DNA of 64,000 bases from Callorhinchus milii (lineage: Eukaryota), in NCBI RefSeq assembly GCF_018977255.1, contig NW_024704742.1:55306001-55370000 (forward strand), in the 5' to 3' direction. The notes beneath the pieces are model-generated. The model made no database searches, had not been told where the DNA came from, and saw nothing but the letters and a program-made list of their open reading frames with translations. Positions 49,259 to 62,940 of this stretch are shown in pieces; position 1 is the first letter of the stretch; the number at the start of each line of letters is the position of its first letter. A program made the translations under genes and the position numbers.

Positions 49259-51719
49259 TCAATAAATACGGTGGATTTAATCATGACAGATGGTGCAAAA
49301 TCAAAATCAAAGACCGGCTGTAGAAATAGTTTGCTGAAACAAAATGGAATTGAATATACTACCTTCCAATGCATAATACACTAGTTGTTCCTTTGTGGAA
49401 TAAAAGTGACAATTAATTATAATATATTCAAAATTATAATGTATTCAAAAATTCAAAAGAATATATATGTTCCTCTGATAGTTTTACAATTATGAATTAA
49501 TCTTTTGGGGTTTTGTTCATCATTCTCTATTGGCAACTCCACGAGTTGATATCTTGTGTTTTGACTTTAATATATGAAAAAAAATTGTTTTGCATTTATT
49601 TCCATTTGAGGTGATCATTATTGCAATACAGTCAGTCACACCATTTAAAACATAGGATTTCTATATGGTTCTTTGTTTCTGGAAGGGAAAAACAAAAATA
49701 CTGCTTATGTGGTCCGTGGTCGTCTCTCACATGTGAAATCCGGCCTTGGACAACCATGATGTGGACCATGAGAAGTTGTTTTATCGTGTACAGAACAGTC
49801 AAACCAGTAGTCGTAAGTGAGTGAGTGGGTGCAGTGAGTGAGTAGTAATCTTATGGATCAGGCTCCCAAACAAGAAAGCAGAAAATGTCACACAACAGCA
49901 ATGTCAAGTGCATGCCAGGATGATCTACCCAGCTGGCCAGCCCGTGTGGTCATGCTGCACAGCACCCCCATGTCTGTCCGACAGCGCCCCCCACCTCCCT
50001 CCTGTGGTCAAGACAATAAGTGCACCCTCACAGCACCACCCTCTGGCATGCATTGTGTACTACAAACCACATTTGTAGAGCAGTACCTTCAGTCGAGATT
50101 TCTCTTGAACTCATCCCTCCAACCCCGAGGATCAGCCTTATTGCTCCTTGTATTGTCCAGAACTGTTTGCAGTAGAATACTAAAGATGCTTGATCAGCAT
50201 CGAGCATTGACTCAAATGAGAAAACATGTGTAGAATCAGAGTGAACTATAAACGGTATGTCCGGAATTGCTTTTGGATATAATTCTTATATCAATACATT
50301 CACCAAATATTTTTTTCATAATCTTTTGTTTTTTGAAGTTATGTGAAAATCCTATCTTATAATCTTGTAACCTGGTTAGTTAACATTATGCTTCTAGCTT
50401 ATTCTTCTTGGGTGCTTTGCCTGCAAAATATATAGTCAATTCGCTTTACAGTATATTCTGTGAAGCGCTTTAGACATCTTGAAGACGTGATAAGGTGTTT
50501 TGTTTGTCATTGCAAGTTTATACTCCATTTGAAAACTAGTTAGCTGACGAATATGCATTTCATCTAACAAATACATATTTCATCTGAGTTTTTAATCAAA
50601 TAATCTTAAATAATAATCTTATTGGGATTAATACTCTGGTAAAATCACAGCCAGTGAATGTTATCCAAAAGATGCAGAAATGAAAGTAATCCAACATGTG
50701 CACAGGTAAATTATGATATACCCACTCTAGTGCGATATATATTGTATTGCATAAAAAGTTAGATGAAACTATCTTGTATGTAAGATATAATAGTTGTTAG
50801 CTACCAGTTATTCCTGTTATCTGTCTTTCATACAAAACTTTAACCTGCCCAGGTGGATTTCCAAGAACATATGGCACTATTGGAAAAGAAAAGAGAGTTT
50901 CTCCCAGTGTCCTGGGAAACAATCCTCCGGTTTCAAAAAAATTGGTCCTTCCCTTCATGGGACATTGTTGTGTGCAAATTGATTGGTGTATTTGCTTACA
51001 AATACACAATCAATACACTTTACAGTAAATACTGAGAAGGCATTTGAGACAAAGATCACTGCTTCTTTATCTGGTTTGTGTACATAATACAACTTTTCGC
51101 CCACAAAAATACAGTCAATCCACTTTACAGTATATCATGTGAATCATTTTGGGATGTCTAGATGATGTGATAAGATGCCACATCAAATACCAGAATTATT
51201 ATCATTAAGTTATTCCTCCTCGTGCTATGTATGACACTGCACATTTAAACTCTGTTTCTCAACTAGTTAGCTCAATAATCTTTTCAGTTAATAAAGGAGC
51301 ATTATTGATTTTTACTTATCTATCAGTCCAGGACATTGTAGCAATAATGAGCAAGAAGGCAGATGCCTATCAGGATTTTACTTTTATTGTTGCTTTGATT
51401 GTTTCAGCATTTGGCTTCGCCTCATGTCAAGACAATGACAAGTTGTTGGATCCTCGACATATGTATTGTTATCTCCTTGTTCTCTGTGCCTAATTAATAA
51501 TATTGGACTCTAATCGGCTCACTGTCATAGCCACTATTAATTCCTGGCAAAGACACTGGGATTGATGGCCCGGCCTCAATAGGAATGGGGCTGATAGAGG
51601 CTGATAAGTTGGATAAGACTAAAGTGGATTGTTTTAACTGCACACTTTCCAGTGATGAATAATTCTTCTAACTAGGGAGAGAGGGAGAAACATAATTGTC
51701 CTAAAAATGAACTATACAT

Positions 51720-52245
51720 TACAATTGACATTTATGTAGTGCCTTTCATACCGGAGGATGTCTCAAAGCGCTTTACACAGCTGGCTGAGCACCTGAGCTG
51801 GGGAAGGGAAAAGCTGCAGAGGATGAGGAGAAAAGATGATCTAATGCGCAGTCAATGAGACTGCCAAATAAACTGGACATTTAGATGTTTGTATTCTTTA
51901 ATTGTTATTCATTTTAGGTTCAGTCTGCCTTGTCATTCAGGGATGTATGCCCCACCATTGATAGGTGAGTTTTCACCATTCTGTCCCCAGTCTCTGGATC
52001 TCCGTCTTGGAGTCCCTCCGCCTCGCACCCTCCCTCTTCGAGTCTCTCCAACTCACTCACTCTCTCTCCACTCTCAAAACCAGCCTCAAGAATGACCTCT
52101 TTTTCTGTGCTTTCAATCATCTTTCCTTTCTCCACCGTTCTCAGCTCCCATTCCCGTTCTCAGGTTCCCAGCCAGCAGAGTGAAGTTATTTGAGATGTCC
52201 TTCTGCCATGAAAGATGCTATATAAATGTTAATTATATTGTATTT
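51720..52245. mobile_element. Two old L2 3' fragments in opposite orientation
   Basis: Minus tail at about 51720-51860; plus fragment at about 51940-52245. Confidence 0.6.
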
Positions 52246-52777
52246 GTTTTTACATGGTAGGTGCTATAGAAATGCAAGTTATTATTATTATATACATACT
52301 GATTCTAAGTGTTGTGTAAGGTACTTCCATTAAGACATGTGAGTACTCACCATGCTTTACTAACTGTTAGTAACAGCAAAGTTACTAGCTTACTTTAAAT
52401 GCTCAAAGACACTACCTGTGGGAAGGGCAATATTGTTGTTTTAAATTGATGTTGTAACTACTTTATATTCACAAAGACTGCACTTCATAAACACAATAGA
52501 ATGAGATACAGTTGATTGTCTCTTCTCATGAACTGTTGACTTTATGTATCATCACACTTTTAGTTAGTCTGCAAGTTGAAGTCTTTTTCCCCAGTAAAGA
52601 AAGCATGTATTGATCATTGAAAATAAATGAGCCGATTGACTAAGAGATGAGGTATAATATATAATGCACAGCCTTCATATTCTTAAAAGCAATGCAGCAA
52701 ATCGATATACAGCATTGATCTAGTTTATACAGGACAGTATTGGCAGAGACGATTGGTGTCTGTCCTACTACAGATTT

Positions 52778-53640
52778 AACAACAAGACAACAACAACAAC
52801 AACAACAAGATTTCATTTATAGAGCGCCTTTCATGTCGGGAGGACTTCCCAAGGCGCTGGGCAGTTGGGTCGGGACGCGAGCATTGGGGGGAAATGGTCA
52901 GGGTGAGGGGAGGGAAGGGAGGGAGCGAGGAGGGGGTAGAGAGTCGAGAGGGGAGCTGAAGGCACGGTCGAAGAGAAAGGTCTTGAGACCAGCCTTGAAG
53001 GAGGAAAGGAAGGAGGCGGCGAAGGCACTGGGGGATAGAGTTCCAGAGCCTCGGGGCTGAGAGGCTGAAGGCCCAACCACCGATGGGAGGGCGGTTGGGG
53101 CGGGGGATGTGGAGCAGACCGGAGCCAGAGGAACGGAGGGTACGGGCAGGTAGGTAGGGGATAGTAGGTTGGAGAGGTAGGAGGGACCGAGGCCGTGAAT
53201 GGCCTTGTAGGTGAGGATGAGGATCTTGAATTCGATCCTCTGGGGATGGGGAGCCAGTGGAGGCGAGCGAGGGTGGGAGTGATGTGGTCCTGGTGCGGGA
53301 CAGTACACGAGCTGCAGAGTTCTGAATGACCTGCAGTGTGGAGGGAGGTGCCGGGAAGGCCGGCGAGGAGAGAGTTCCCGTAGTCCAGCCTTGAGGTGAT
53401 AAAGGCGTAGACCAGGGTTTCAGCAGCGTGAGGGGTGAGGTAGTGCCATAGTCTGGCGATATTCCGGAGGTGATGGAAGGCGGTGCCAGTTGTGACGCGG
53501 ATATGAGGAAGAAAGGACATCTCAGGGTCGAACAGAACCCGAGGTTCCTGACGGCTTTGAGAGGTGGAGAGTGCAGCCTTGGATGTTGATGCTGTCAGCG
53601 CCTGAGGTGCGGAGGCGCTGACGCGAGCCAATTAAGTACC
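52778..53640 (-). mobile_element. Young L2 3' fragment
   Basis: Near-identical to 25921-26665, with (TTG)n tail. Confidence 0.93.
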
Positions 53641-54001
53641 TGATCCAGTTTTATTTATGCATCTAATTTATTTCTCCACCATCATTTCTCCTCTCAATGC
53701 TACCATTACTTTCCCCCTCTCTCTCCTTTTAACTTCCCTGCCATTTTTCACTTCTACTTCTCAGTTTATTTGTGTCTCCTATCTGCAACTTTCTCATTCG
53801 CCAGCAGAGAGGTATGAGTCGCAGACAGCAAAGCTATTTCTTACCTGGCCTCCCGACATGAAAGGCATTAACCGAACATAAGGATTATCATTGTTTGATT
53901 ATTATCTCTTTTTATTTACCGCTCATCTAATCATATGATCCCATCTTATGTCAACTCCAATAATTAGGAGTTGCACTCTAAACCTTCTTCTCCAAATAAG
54001 A

Positions 54002-54251
54002 AATAATAATAATAATAATAATAATCCTTGCATTTGATATAGCGCTTTTCACGTCGGGAGGACGTCCCAAAGCGCTTCACAGAACACACTGTAAAGTGAA
54101 TTGACTGTATATTTGTGGGCGAACGCAGCAGCCAATTGTGCACAGCAATGTCCCACAAACAGTCATATGGATTGAAAATGACCAATTTATTATTGTTTTG
54201 TTTTTTTGGAGGGATTATTATTAGGCGTGTGGAGTAAGGAAACTTGCCCAA
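54002..54251 (-). mobile_element. SINE short variant lacking head
   Basis: Matches 47046-47285. Confidence 0.9.
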
Positions 54252-54261
54252 GTAACATCTC

Positions 54262-54640
54262 ATCAACAACAACTTGACTTATATAGAGCCCTTCACACAG
54301 GGTAGCGTCTCAGAGCACTTAACAGTGGCGGAGCCTGACTTCGAGCTGGGGGGGTGGGGGGGTGGTTGGGGTGGGGGGGCGCGGAGGTGGATGTAAGCAC
54401 AGTCAAAGAGGAAAGTTTTCAGGCGGGACTTGAAAGAGGGGAAGGGGGCAAGGCGGAGGGATCGAGGGAGGGTGTTCCAGAGTTTGGGGCTGTAATGGCT
54501 GAAAGCACGATCTCCGATGATGGGGAGGAGGGTGCGAGGGATGAGCAGCAGGCTGGTGCCATTGAGCGGAGGCGCCGGTTAGCGGATTTGGGAGTGGAAG
54601 GTTGGAGAGGTAGGGAGGTGCCAGAGAGTGAAGGGATCTG
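54262..54640 (-). mobile_element. L2 3' fragment (second tail type)
   Basis: Tail GTTAAGTGCTCTGAGACGCTACCCTGTGTG, as at 56980-57050 and 58185-58260. Confidence 0.85.
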
Positions 54641-55894
54641 CAGATAAATGACAGAGACACAGTGTATCAAATATCTGGAATAGCTGGAAGAGCAAACAAG
54701 TGTCAACACGTGCAGGAGATAGCAAACATATTAACTAGCTATCTCCTGGAGGTATTTTTTTTAATAGCTAAGACACTAAAAACAAGTTGTAAGGGGATTG
54801 CCTTAAGAAAACACTGATTATGTTCCAGGTGCTGTTGTCAGTAGCCATATGGTGGTGATACTATTAAAGAATGTTTTAGACTCCACTCACTGTCCTAACA
54901 AAACCATTCAGAATATTGAAGACCTCTATTACTTTCTTAACCTTGTCTTTTCCAGAGAAAACAGATCCAATAATTTGAGCCTATACCCGTAGCTTTAAGC
55001 TACCATCCATGTGAACATACATGTTCTACAGAACGGATGCCTTTTCTATAAGTTCCCTGTCAAGAGTAAGAGAATAACTAATGCTATTTCATATTATTTT
55101 GTCTGAGCACTATCTGTTCAAAAAACAGTCCACCAGTAGCTCCAGACAGTTATTTGACATGTTGTGGCTGATAAAGATCAATTCAAATCTAAATGGTGGT
55201 AGGATCACGAATTGCACAGAGGTACGGGTCTGATATCTGCAGCAGTTTTAAATTATTCCTGTGCTACATTTTGAATAGAGTGTTTTCGCACTTGACTGTT
55301 TTTTTTATTCATGAACAATATAGAATACTAATAAGGGAAGGCTGAATGAAAGTTCATGTCCAGGTTTGACAGTAATTGTTATGAAAGTTACAGTGGTCGT
55401 CATGTAGTAATACTTTACAGACAGATAGCTCCACAAAAATGACAAGATAATGTTTGCTGCAACTGTACCATAATTGCACAAGCTCCCTGTGATCTACTAT
55501 TACTTTGCTGGATTTTGTGAAGCTACAAGTCTCCAAATGCAAGCTTGTAAAAGCTTTCTATGAGCAAAGATGCTTGAAGATCTGAAAATAGAGAGAGCAG
55601 ATGGTGAACCGGGAGTGCTGTACAAATACAATTTGTTGTTGTGGTTGTTTCTTTACTCTCTGGAGGTCAGCTGTAAAATAGACTAATTTTGGTACATTTT
55701 ACAACAAATCAGTTCAATCTTGCAGTAATACTTTGGTGAGGTTAACCCAGATGAACCCTTTCGCTACCAGTTCTAAGACCATAAATTAACATTACCAAGA
55801 CTACTTACTATTATTATTGATAATAATAATCACAAGAAATCCTTGCAGCGTGCAATCTCTGTGAATACGGAGAAAACAGATTTCACTAAAAAAG

Positions 55895-56320
55895 ATACAG
55901 TTCAAGATCCTGGTCCTCATCTTCAAAGTCCTCCGTGGCCTCACTCCTCCCTACCTCTGCGGCCTCCTAACCCCTACCATTCTGCCTGCTATCTCTGCTC
56001 AGTGGGCTCCAACCTGCTTCACATACCTGCCTCGTCTGCCCCACCATTGGCGGGCGGGCCTTCAGTCACTCTGCCTCCACCCTCTGGAACTCCATCCCCC
56101 AGTCCCTCCGCCTCGCTCCCTCCCTTGCCTCCTTCAAGACCCATCTCAAGACCCTCCTCTTTGACCGTACTTTCGATCACCCTCCTTCCCCCCACCCTGC
56201 CCTCCTCCCTCCCCAATGCTGACCCCCCCAGCTTGGGTCCGAAACACTGACTTTCCAGTGCCTTGGGATGTTCTCCCGACATGAAAGGCGTTATACAAAT
56301 GTAATTTTGTTGTTGTAGTT
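55895..56320 (+). mobile_element. L2 3' fragment
   Basis: Matches the L2 3' end. Confidence 0.87.
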
Positions 56321-56346
56321 GATCGCTTGAAACTTCTTCACACTCA

Positions 56347-56683
56347 TAATAATAATCCTTGCATTTGATATTGTGTTTTTCACATCTTCGAGACGTCTCA
56401 AAGCGCTTCACAGAATATACTGTAAAGTCAATTAACTGTACATTTGTGGGCGAAAAGCGGAAGCCAACTGTACACAGCAGTGTCCCACAAACAGTCGTGG
56501 ATTGAAGTAACTGATTTATTATTTTTTTCACTTGAGGGATTATTATCAGGCGCGTGGAGTAAGGAAACTTGCCCAAGGTTTCGCCCTGTCAGGAATTTAT
56601 GTTATATAAATTAACATTTATATAGCACCTGCCAGGTCTCTTGCTTGCCAGGTGAGTGCTCTAGCCACTGAGCTGGAGGACTC
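56347..56683 (-). mobile_element. tRNA-derived SINE, short variant, with an AT-rich insert near the head
   Basis: Body 56347-56595, head 56630-56683. Confidence 0.82.
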
Positions 56684-56689
56684 AATGTC

Positions 56690-57050
56690 AAATCCCTTCA
56701 CTCCCTGGCACCTCCCTACCTCTCTGACCTCCTCACTGCCCAATCCACCACCTGGCACCTCCACTCGACTGGCACCGGCCTCCTGACCGTCCCTCGCGCC
56801 CTCCGCCCAACCATCAGTGGTTGCGGTTTCAGCCACTATGCCCCATAACTCTGGAACACTCTCCCTCAATCCCTCCGCCTTGCCTCTCTCTCCCCTCTTT
56901 CAAGTCCTGCCTGAAAACGTTCCTCTTTGACCGTGCGTACGGCCACCTCCTCCCTTCCCCCAGCTCGGAGTCAGGCTCTGCCATTGTTAAGCGTTCTGAG
57001 ACACTACCCTGTGTGGAGGGTGCTATAAAAGTGCAAGTTGTTGTTGTTGA
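56690..57050 (+). mobile_element. L2 3' fragment
   Basis: Reverse match to 58185-58540. Confidence 0.85.
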
Positions 57051-57394
57051 AACAATAGTAGCTTATTTTGAAGAAATTTACTATTTGGCGAGGGATAAGC
57101 ATGAATCAATAACTAAGAGTTCAATATTTGCCTTCAAGCAGAAAAACCCATTGCACCATTGCAGTAAATCTTTTTGCTTTGCGGTAAGACTTTAATGTGA
57201 TTGGGAGCGCAGATTGTTCAAATGTAAATAAATGTTTTTGTCAGTGACTGGAATAATAATATTTTGAGTCCTGAGTCTATAGTCATTTCCTTTTTGTTTG
57301 TCTACGAATACACAGTAACTACATATTACAAAGGGATCCTTTAAAACCCTTTGATACATCTCAATGATGTGATAAAGTACTATATCAATAATAG

Positions 57395-57745
57395 TATAAT
57401 AATAAACCTTTCTTTTGATGTAGTGCCTTATCACGTCGTTGAGACATCTCAAAACGCTTCACATACTGTAAAGTGGAGCGACTGTGTATTTTGTGGGTGA
57501 AATGTGGCAGCCAGTTGCATACAGCAATGTCCCACAGTCAAAATTTTATTTGGGAGTTTGTTGGTCAGAACACCGGGAGAAACTCCTTTCTGTTTTCAAA
57601 TAGTGCCATGGGATCTTTAACATCCACCTGAACAGGCAGATGGGATTTCGGTTTAATGTCTCATCTGAAAGACGGCTCTTCCGACAATGCAGCAGACCCC
57701 AGCACTCTATTCGAGTGTCATCTTAGACTGATGGTAGCCAAGTTT
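57395..57745 (-). mobile_element. Deu-domain-like SINE with shared tail
   Basis: Reverse of CTTTCAGATGAGACATTAAACCGAAATCCCATCTGCCTGTTCAGGTGGATGTTAAAGATCCCATGGCACTATTTG. Confidence 0.75.
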
Positions 57746-58184
57746 TGGGTCGGCCAACCATATATTTTTTCTTTATTGAATGTTTCTTCATTTATGGTCA
57801 TGTCATGTATATTGCGATCCAGTAGCTACTGGTAAGGCATTGATTTGGCAAAATACAAGGATTATTATTGTTATTATTACTGTATAAAGTTATGATAGCA
57901 GTATAGTGTTAACAGTCTTGCATTTCATTGTTAAGGCAGATCCTATGAGTTTGACCACAGATGTTGGCCTCGCTCAGTTGATAGCATTCTCACAGCACCA
58001 ACCAGAGTCAGTCCCAAATTGGGACTTTAAACTCATATAGATTGTAGTTTAGACTTAAACTCCAATGGAGAACTAGGGTGAGTGCTGCAATGATGCTACC
58101 CTTCAGCTGCAATATTATACTAAGTTCCCATCTGCCTTTCAGCTGGGTATTAATAGATCTCATTGAACTATTCAAAAGGAGAAA

Positions 58185-59990
58185 TAAATTGCACTTATAT
58201 AATGTCCTCCATGCAAGGTATCGTCTCAGAGAGCTTAACAGTGGCAGAGCCTGACTCTGAGCTGGTGGGAGGGGGGAGGTGGCCGTAAGCACGGTCAAAG
58301 AGGAAAGTTGTTAGGTGGGACTTGAAAGAGGGGAGAGAGGGAGCAAGGTGGAGGGATTGAGGGAGAATGTTCCAGAGTTTTAGGGTGTAGTGGCTGAAAG
58401 CACAACCTCCATTGGTGGGGCGGAGGGTGCGAGGGATGAGCAGGAGGTCAGTGCCAGTCGAGCGGAGGAACTAGGTGGTGGATTGGGGAGTGAGGAGGTC
58501 GGAGAGGTAGGGAGGTGCCAGGGATTGAATGGATTTGAAAGTGAGTGTGAGGATCTTGAAGTCGATCTGTTCGGTGATGGGGAGCCAGTGGAGCCTGGCC
58601 AGAACTGGTGAGATGTGGGTAGAGAGTTTGGTCCTGGTAAGTGTGCGGGCAGCAGAGTTTAGAATGAGCTGGATCTTTTGAATTGTGGAACCGGCAAGGA
58701 GTGCGTTGGAGTAATCCAGGCGGGAGGTGACAAATGCAGTACAAGGGCTTCGGCTGCATTTGGCGTAAGGTATGATCGGAGGTGGGCAATGTGGCAGAGG
58801 TGGAAGAAGGCGTTCCGGTCAGGGACCGGATGTGGGGGAGGAAGGACAGCTGGGGGGTCGAAATGGATGCCTAGATTGCGCATTGGTTCGGTGATTTTGA
58901 GGGAGAGCCCAGGGAGGTTGAGGAGTTTAGATCCACAGGACTGAAGATGTTGACGGGAGCCAAGGAGTATGGCTTCCGTCTTGTCCACATTCAGCTGCAG
59001 GAAGTTTACGCTCATCCAAATCTTGATGTCTGCCAGACAAGCTGATAGAACATTGGCAGACCTGGAGTTGGTTTTGGAGGAGGCAAAGTAGATTTGTGTG
59101 TCATCAGCATACATGTGGAAGTTTACCCTGTGTCTGCAGACGACATCGCCCAGAAGGAGCATATAGCTAAGGTAAAGAAGAGGTCCAACAATGGAGCCCT
59201 GGGGTATCCTGCAAGTGATTAGGTGGGAGGAGAAGCCATTTGCTGAGATGAAATGGAGGCGGCTGGTTAAATACGACTCAAACCATGCGAGTGCGGTCTC
59301 ACTAAGGTAGATGAGGGAGGAGAGCCAGTGGAGGAGGATGGCGTGGTTGACTGTGTCAAATGCAGCAGAGAGATCCAGTAAACGAGGAGGCAGAGGGAGT
59401 CCTGGTCACAGATAGAGCAAATGTCGTTTGTGACTTTGACAAGCGCTGGCTCTGTGCAGTGGGCAGGGTGATAACCAGACTGCAGGGGCTCAGGGAGGGA
59501 GTGGAGGGAGAGGTGTAAGCGAAGGTGACTTGCAACAATGCGTTCCAGGACTTTGGCAAGGAAGGGTAGGTTGGAGCTGGGACAGTAGTGTGAGAGATTA
59601 GAGGGATCGAGGATGGGTTTTTTGAGGACGGGTGTGATAACAACGGTTTTCAGGGAGAGAGAAACAGAGCCTGAGGTGAGAGACGTGTTGACCATGTTGG
59701 CCAGCAAGGGGAGAGGAGAGGGAGTTAAGTGACCAACAGCTGGGTGGGCAGGCGGTTGAGGCAGCAGGTGGTGAACTTCATGTGGGTGATTGTGGTTGAG
59801 AGGGAGAAATGGGGGCAAAGGAGTATAAGGAGGGGGGACTGGCAGGAGCCGGGGCGGAGGGAGAAGGTGGTGTGGATCGTCTGGGTGTGTTCGAATGGGT
59901 CATGGGTAGGGAGGATGATGCAGCCAAGCGAATGTTTTCAATTTTTGAGGTGAAGAAGTCTAGGACCTCTTGGCTGTTGTGTTTGTCCAC
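58185..59990 (-). mobile_element. L2 LINE, about 1.8 kb, disrupted RT
   Basis: FFTSKIENIR, ITPVLKKPILDP, NLPFLAKVLERIV, LQSGY, MYADDTQIY, NFLQLNVDKTEAI; multiple frameshifts. Confidence 0.93.
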
Positions 59991-61274
59991 AAACGGTCAC
60001 TACACATTGATATTGTCTGATGAACTCTGATATGTTTCAGTATTAATTGGACTATATCAGATGTAAAAAAATATTATTTATGTAGGCCACAAAAGAACTA
60101 TCCTGAAGTGAGAGGAGGCATTGTTCAACACTGTAATGGTCAGAATGCTTCAAGCTTTCAGATTCACTGTTCAGATCACACACAGAGCATTTTTTAATAC
60201 TCTTTATAAAAGGATTTTGTTCTTTCCCATGCTGAGAGCAACCCAATACCACAGTGATGGAGCAATTCCTTTGATTTTTAAGTGACTGTGAGAAAGAATA
60301 TGCCTCAAAAGTTCCAGTGATTTCACACAAAATCAATAAACTAACACATATAGGCCACTCGCTCTACCACCAGGGAGGGGAAAAGAGCTGGAACATTTTA
60401 TTGCAATTGTGTCACATGTAAGTGACGTGAGGATGGTTTTGAAATGCTCCTTTTGATACTTTTCTCATCATTACTTTGCGTGTTTGGTAAACAAACAGAA
60501 ACGGTTTGATAAACACTTGCTAATAAAAGCAGTGCTCCTTTAAAGTTACCTCAAGTTTCACAGCTCAACTTGCTGCAAATTTGAAGCCAGCTCCAGTGTT
60601 TGGGTTAGTTTAGTGCTCTGGCGTGTTTATCATTGTTTCCACATGATTGTTGTTTCAGCTTCACACGAATCAATCCAGCACTCCAGAAGCTTTATAAACA
60701 CCATGCACTTCTCAGTCGACCAGGCTTTTGTTTGAACCCCACCTAAAGTAACCTCTCACGTATTAAACCTGGAACCTGAAGCCTAACAATAGGAAGTAAA
60801 TCCTCAAAACAGAAATACAATCTGCTATTGCTACAGAAACTGAATAATCTGAGGACCAGGAATAGTTCCAGCAGCCCACACAGGGTGAGAAGGTAGCAAG
60901 AGAAGCTAACACATGGATGTTACTCCGCAAGTTGGTTAGTCAGTGCACTTCTCAGTTTGACAAACATGGATTGGAATTTGTTCTCACTGGGTGTCAGATA
61001 GAATTTTCTTTCTCAGAAATAATCCAGTGTTGATTACAGTCACGAGAATCCCGACTATGAGAGCAACTATTCAACCCCGCTTCACCACACACTCTCCTCA
61101 AATTAAAGTTGCAAGTTAAAGTTCAAAGTTAAGAGGATGCACTGGCCTGGATTCAGCAATCTCGCTAAAGCACAGTTTTGAACGGTGGATGGAGAGAGTC
61201 TGCAGACGTCAGGGGCGTGGGAATACATAATCCCAAACCTGTCATTAAGGACAGGGTTTTAAGGGACACAAAAC

Positions 61275-61432
61275 AATTCCTTCAAAAAAAATTGGTCACT
61301 CACAACTGGCTGCTGCGTTTCCCCCACAAAAATATGCAGTCAATTCACTTTACGGTACATTCTGTGAAGTGCTTTGAGATGTCTTGAAGACGTGATAAGG
61401 CGCTATATCAAATGCAAGGATTATTATTATTA
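61275..61432 (+). mobile_element. SINE 3' fragment
   Basis: Shared tail and (ATT)n end. Confidence 0.82.
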
Positions 61433-62584
61433 TAACCACATTTTCTGACCTTGTGATAATGATAATCAGAGTTAGTTAACACATTACATGATGCAATTTC
61501 CCTCATCATCCACTTCTGTCCACATGAGGCAGAAAAAACATACCCCACAATATTTCCAAATCTCCAGAGTCTGCACCCTCTCTTCCTTTTCAATTTCATC
61601 ACTTTAATTCATAGCCTAACTGGTTTGGACACAGGTCTGATGAGCTGGGGTAATGATAAGGTATCATGCTATATTCTAACACTATTTTGTAACCATACAC
61701 ATTGATTTAGAAGCTAATTTTGCACTAAGGTTATTCATGGCTTGCTCTATTTACAAGGTTATGAAAGAAATGTAAAGTTTATAATTTGTTGTTGTTTTGT
61801 TGAATTTAACGATTTTAATTTAAAATTAGTTTAACTAATTCTTCACTTGTTTGCATTTGTTATTTTCATCGAATTGTATTACCTCATAAAGGTAGTTGGT
61901 GATGTGGAACCAAATATCAATTCCCAACCGGGTCATCATCATAAGTTATTTAGCAATATTCATTCAGTCATTGTTAGCTTGGTAACAATAATACTGTAAT
62001 ACATTTTAGCTGCATTGTTATTTGATTTGTACTTTAAACAAAGAAAATTTGGTGTTAAAATTTTATTCAAAATAGAGCCATCTAGACGTTGCACCCCAAA
62101 GAAGAGTTAATTATTGATACTGATTCAAAAAGTATTTGAGTCATTATTTACATTTATGTTTAGCTGTGAATCCAAATGATGATTTATTATGGTTTAGCAC
62201 AAAGAAAAAAAAGTTAATTTTAGATCAGTTTACATATTCCTAGCAATAACAGAGCATTGATTCACATGCGTTTGTCTCTTGTACTTCATCATAATTTGCT
62301 GGATTTAATGTTCTTTTGTCCAAGGTGAACATGATCCCTTATCCAGCAGCAAGGTCATGTAAGACAACAGACAAAATGTGGCGAACTTTCTGAGAGCTAA
62401 AATGCATTGCATCTCTAAAACAGTCAAAGACCATAAATTAACAGGCAAAGAATGAACATACATTTTATAGTGCCTCACATGTCAATACAGCTCAGTGATT
62501 ATTGTCACAGGAAGTGATTTTGTTTTGTAGAAAACAGGATAACCATTTGGCAGAAAATAAGGTCCCATAAAAAGCCAAGAGGTG

Positions 62585-62940
62585 AATAATAATAATAATA
62601 ATCCTTGCATTTGATATAATGCCTTATCACGTCATTTGAGAGTATACTGTAAAGTGAATTGACTGTATATTTTGTGGGTGAAATGCGGCAGCCAATTACG
62701 CACAGCAATATCTCACAAACAGTTGTGGATTAGAGTGACCAATTATTCTTTTTTTTGAAGGAATTATTACCCCCAGAAAAGCGATCCACCAATCGACTAA
62801 CAACTGGATTTCTTTTTACTGCCAGGTGAAGAGAGGCGTGTGGAGCAAGGAAACTTGCCTAACATTTCACTCTGCCTGGGAATCAAACCTGGACTCTTGC
62901 TTGCGAGGCGAATGCTCCAACCGCTAAGCTATAGGACTCC
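62585..62940 (-). mobile_element. tRNA-derived SINE, long variant
   Basis: Reverse match to 37264-37637. Confidence 0.88.
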
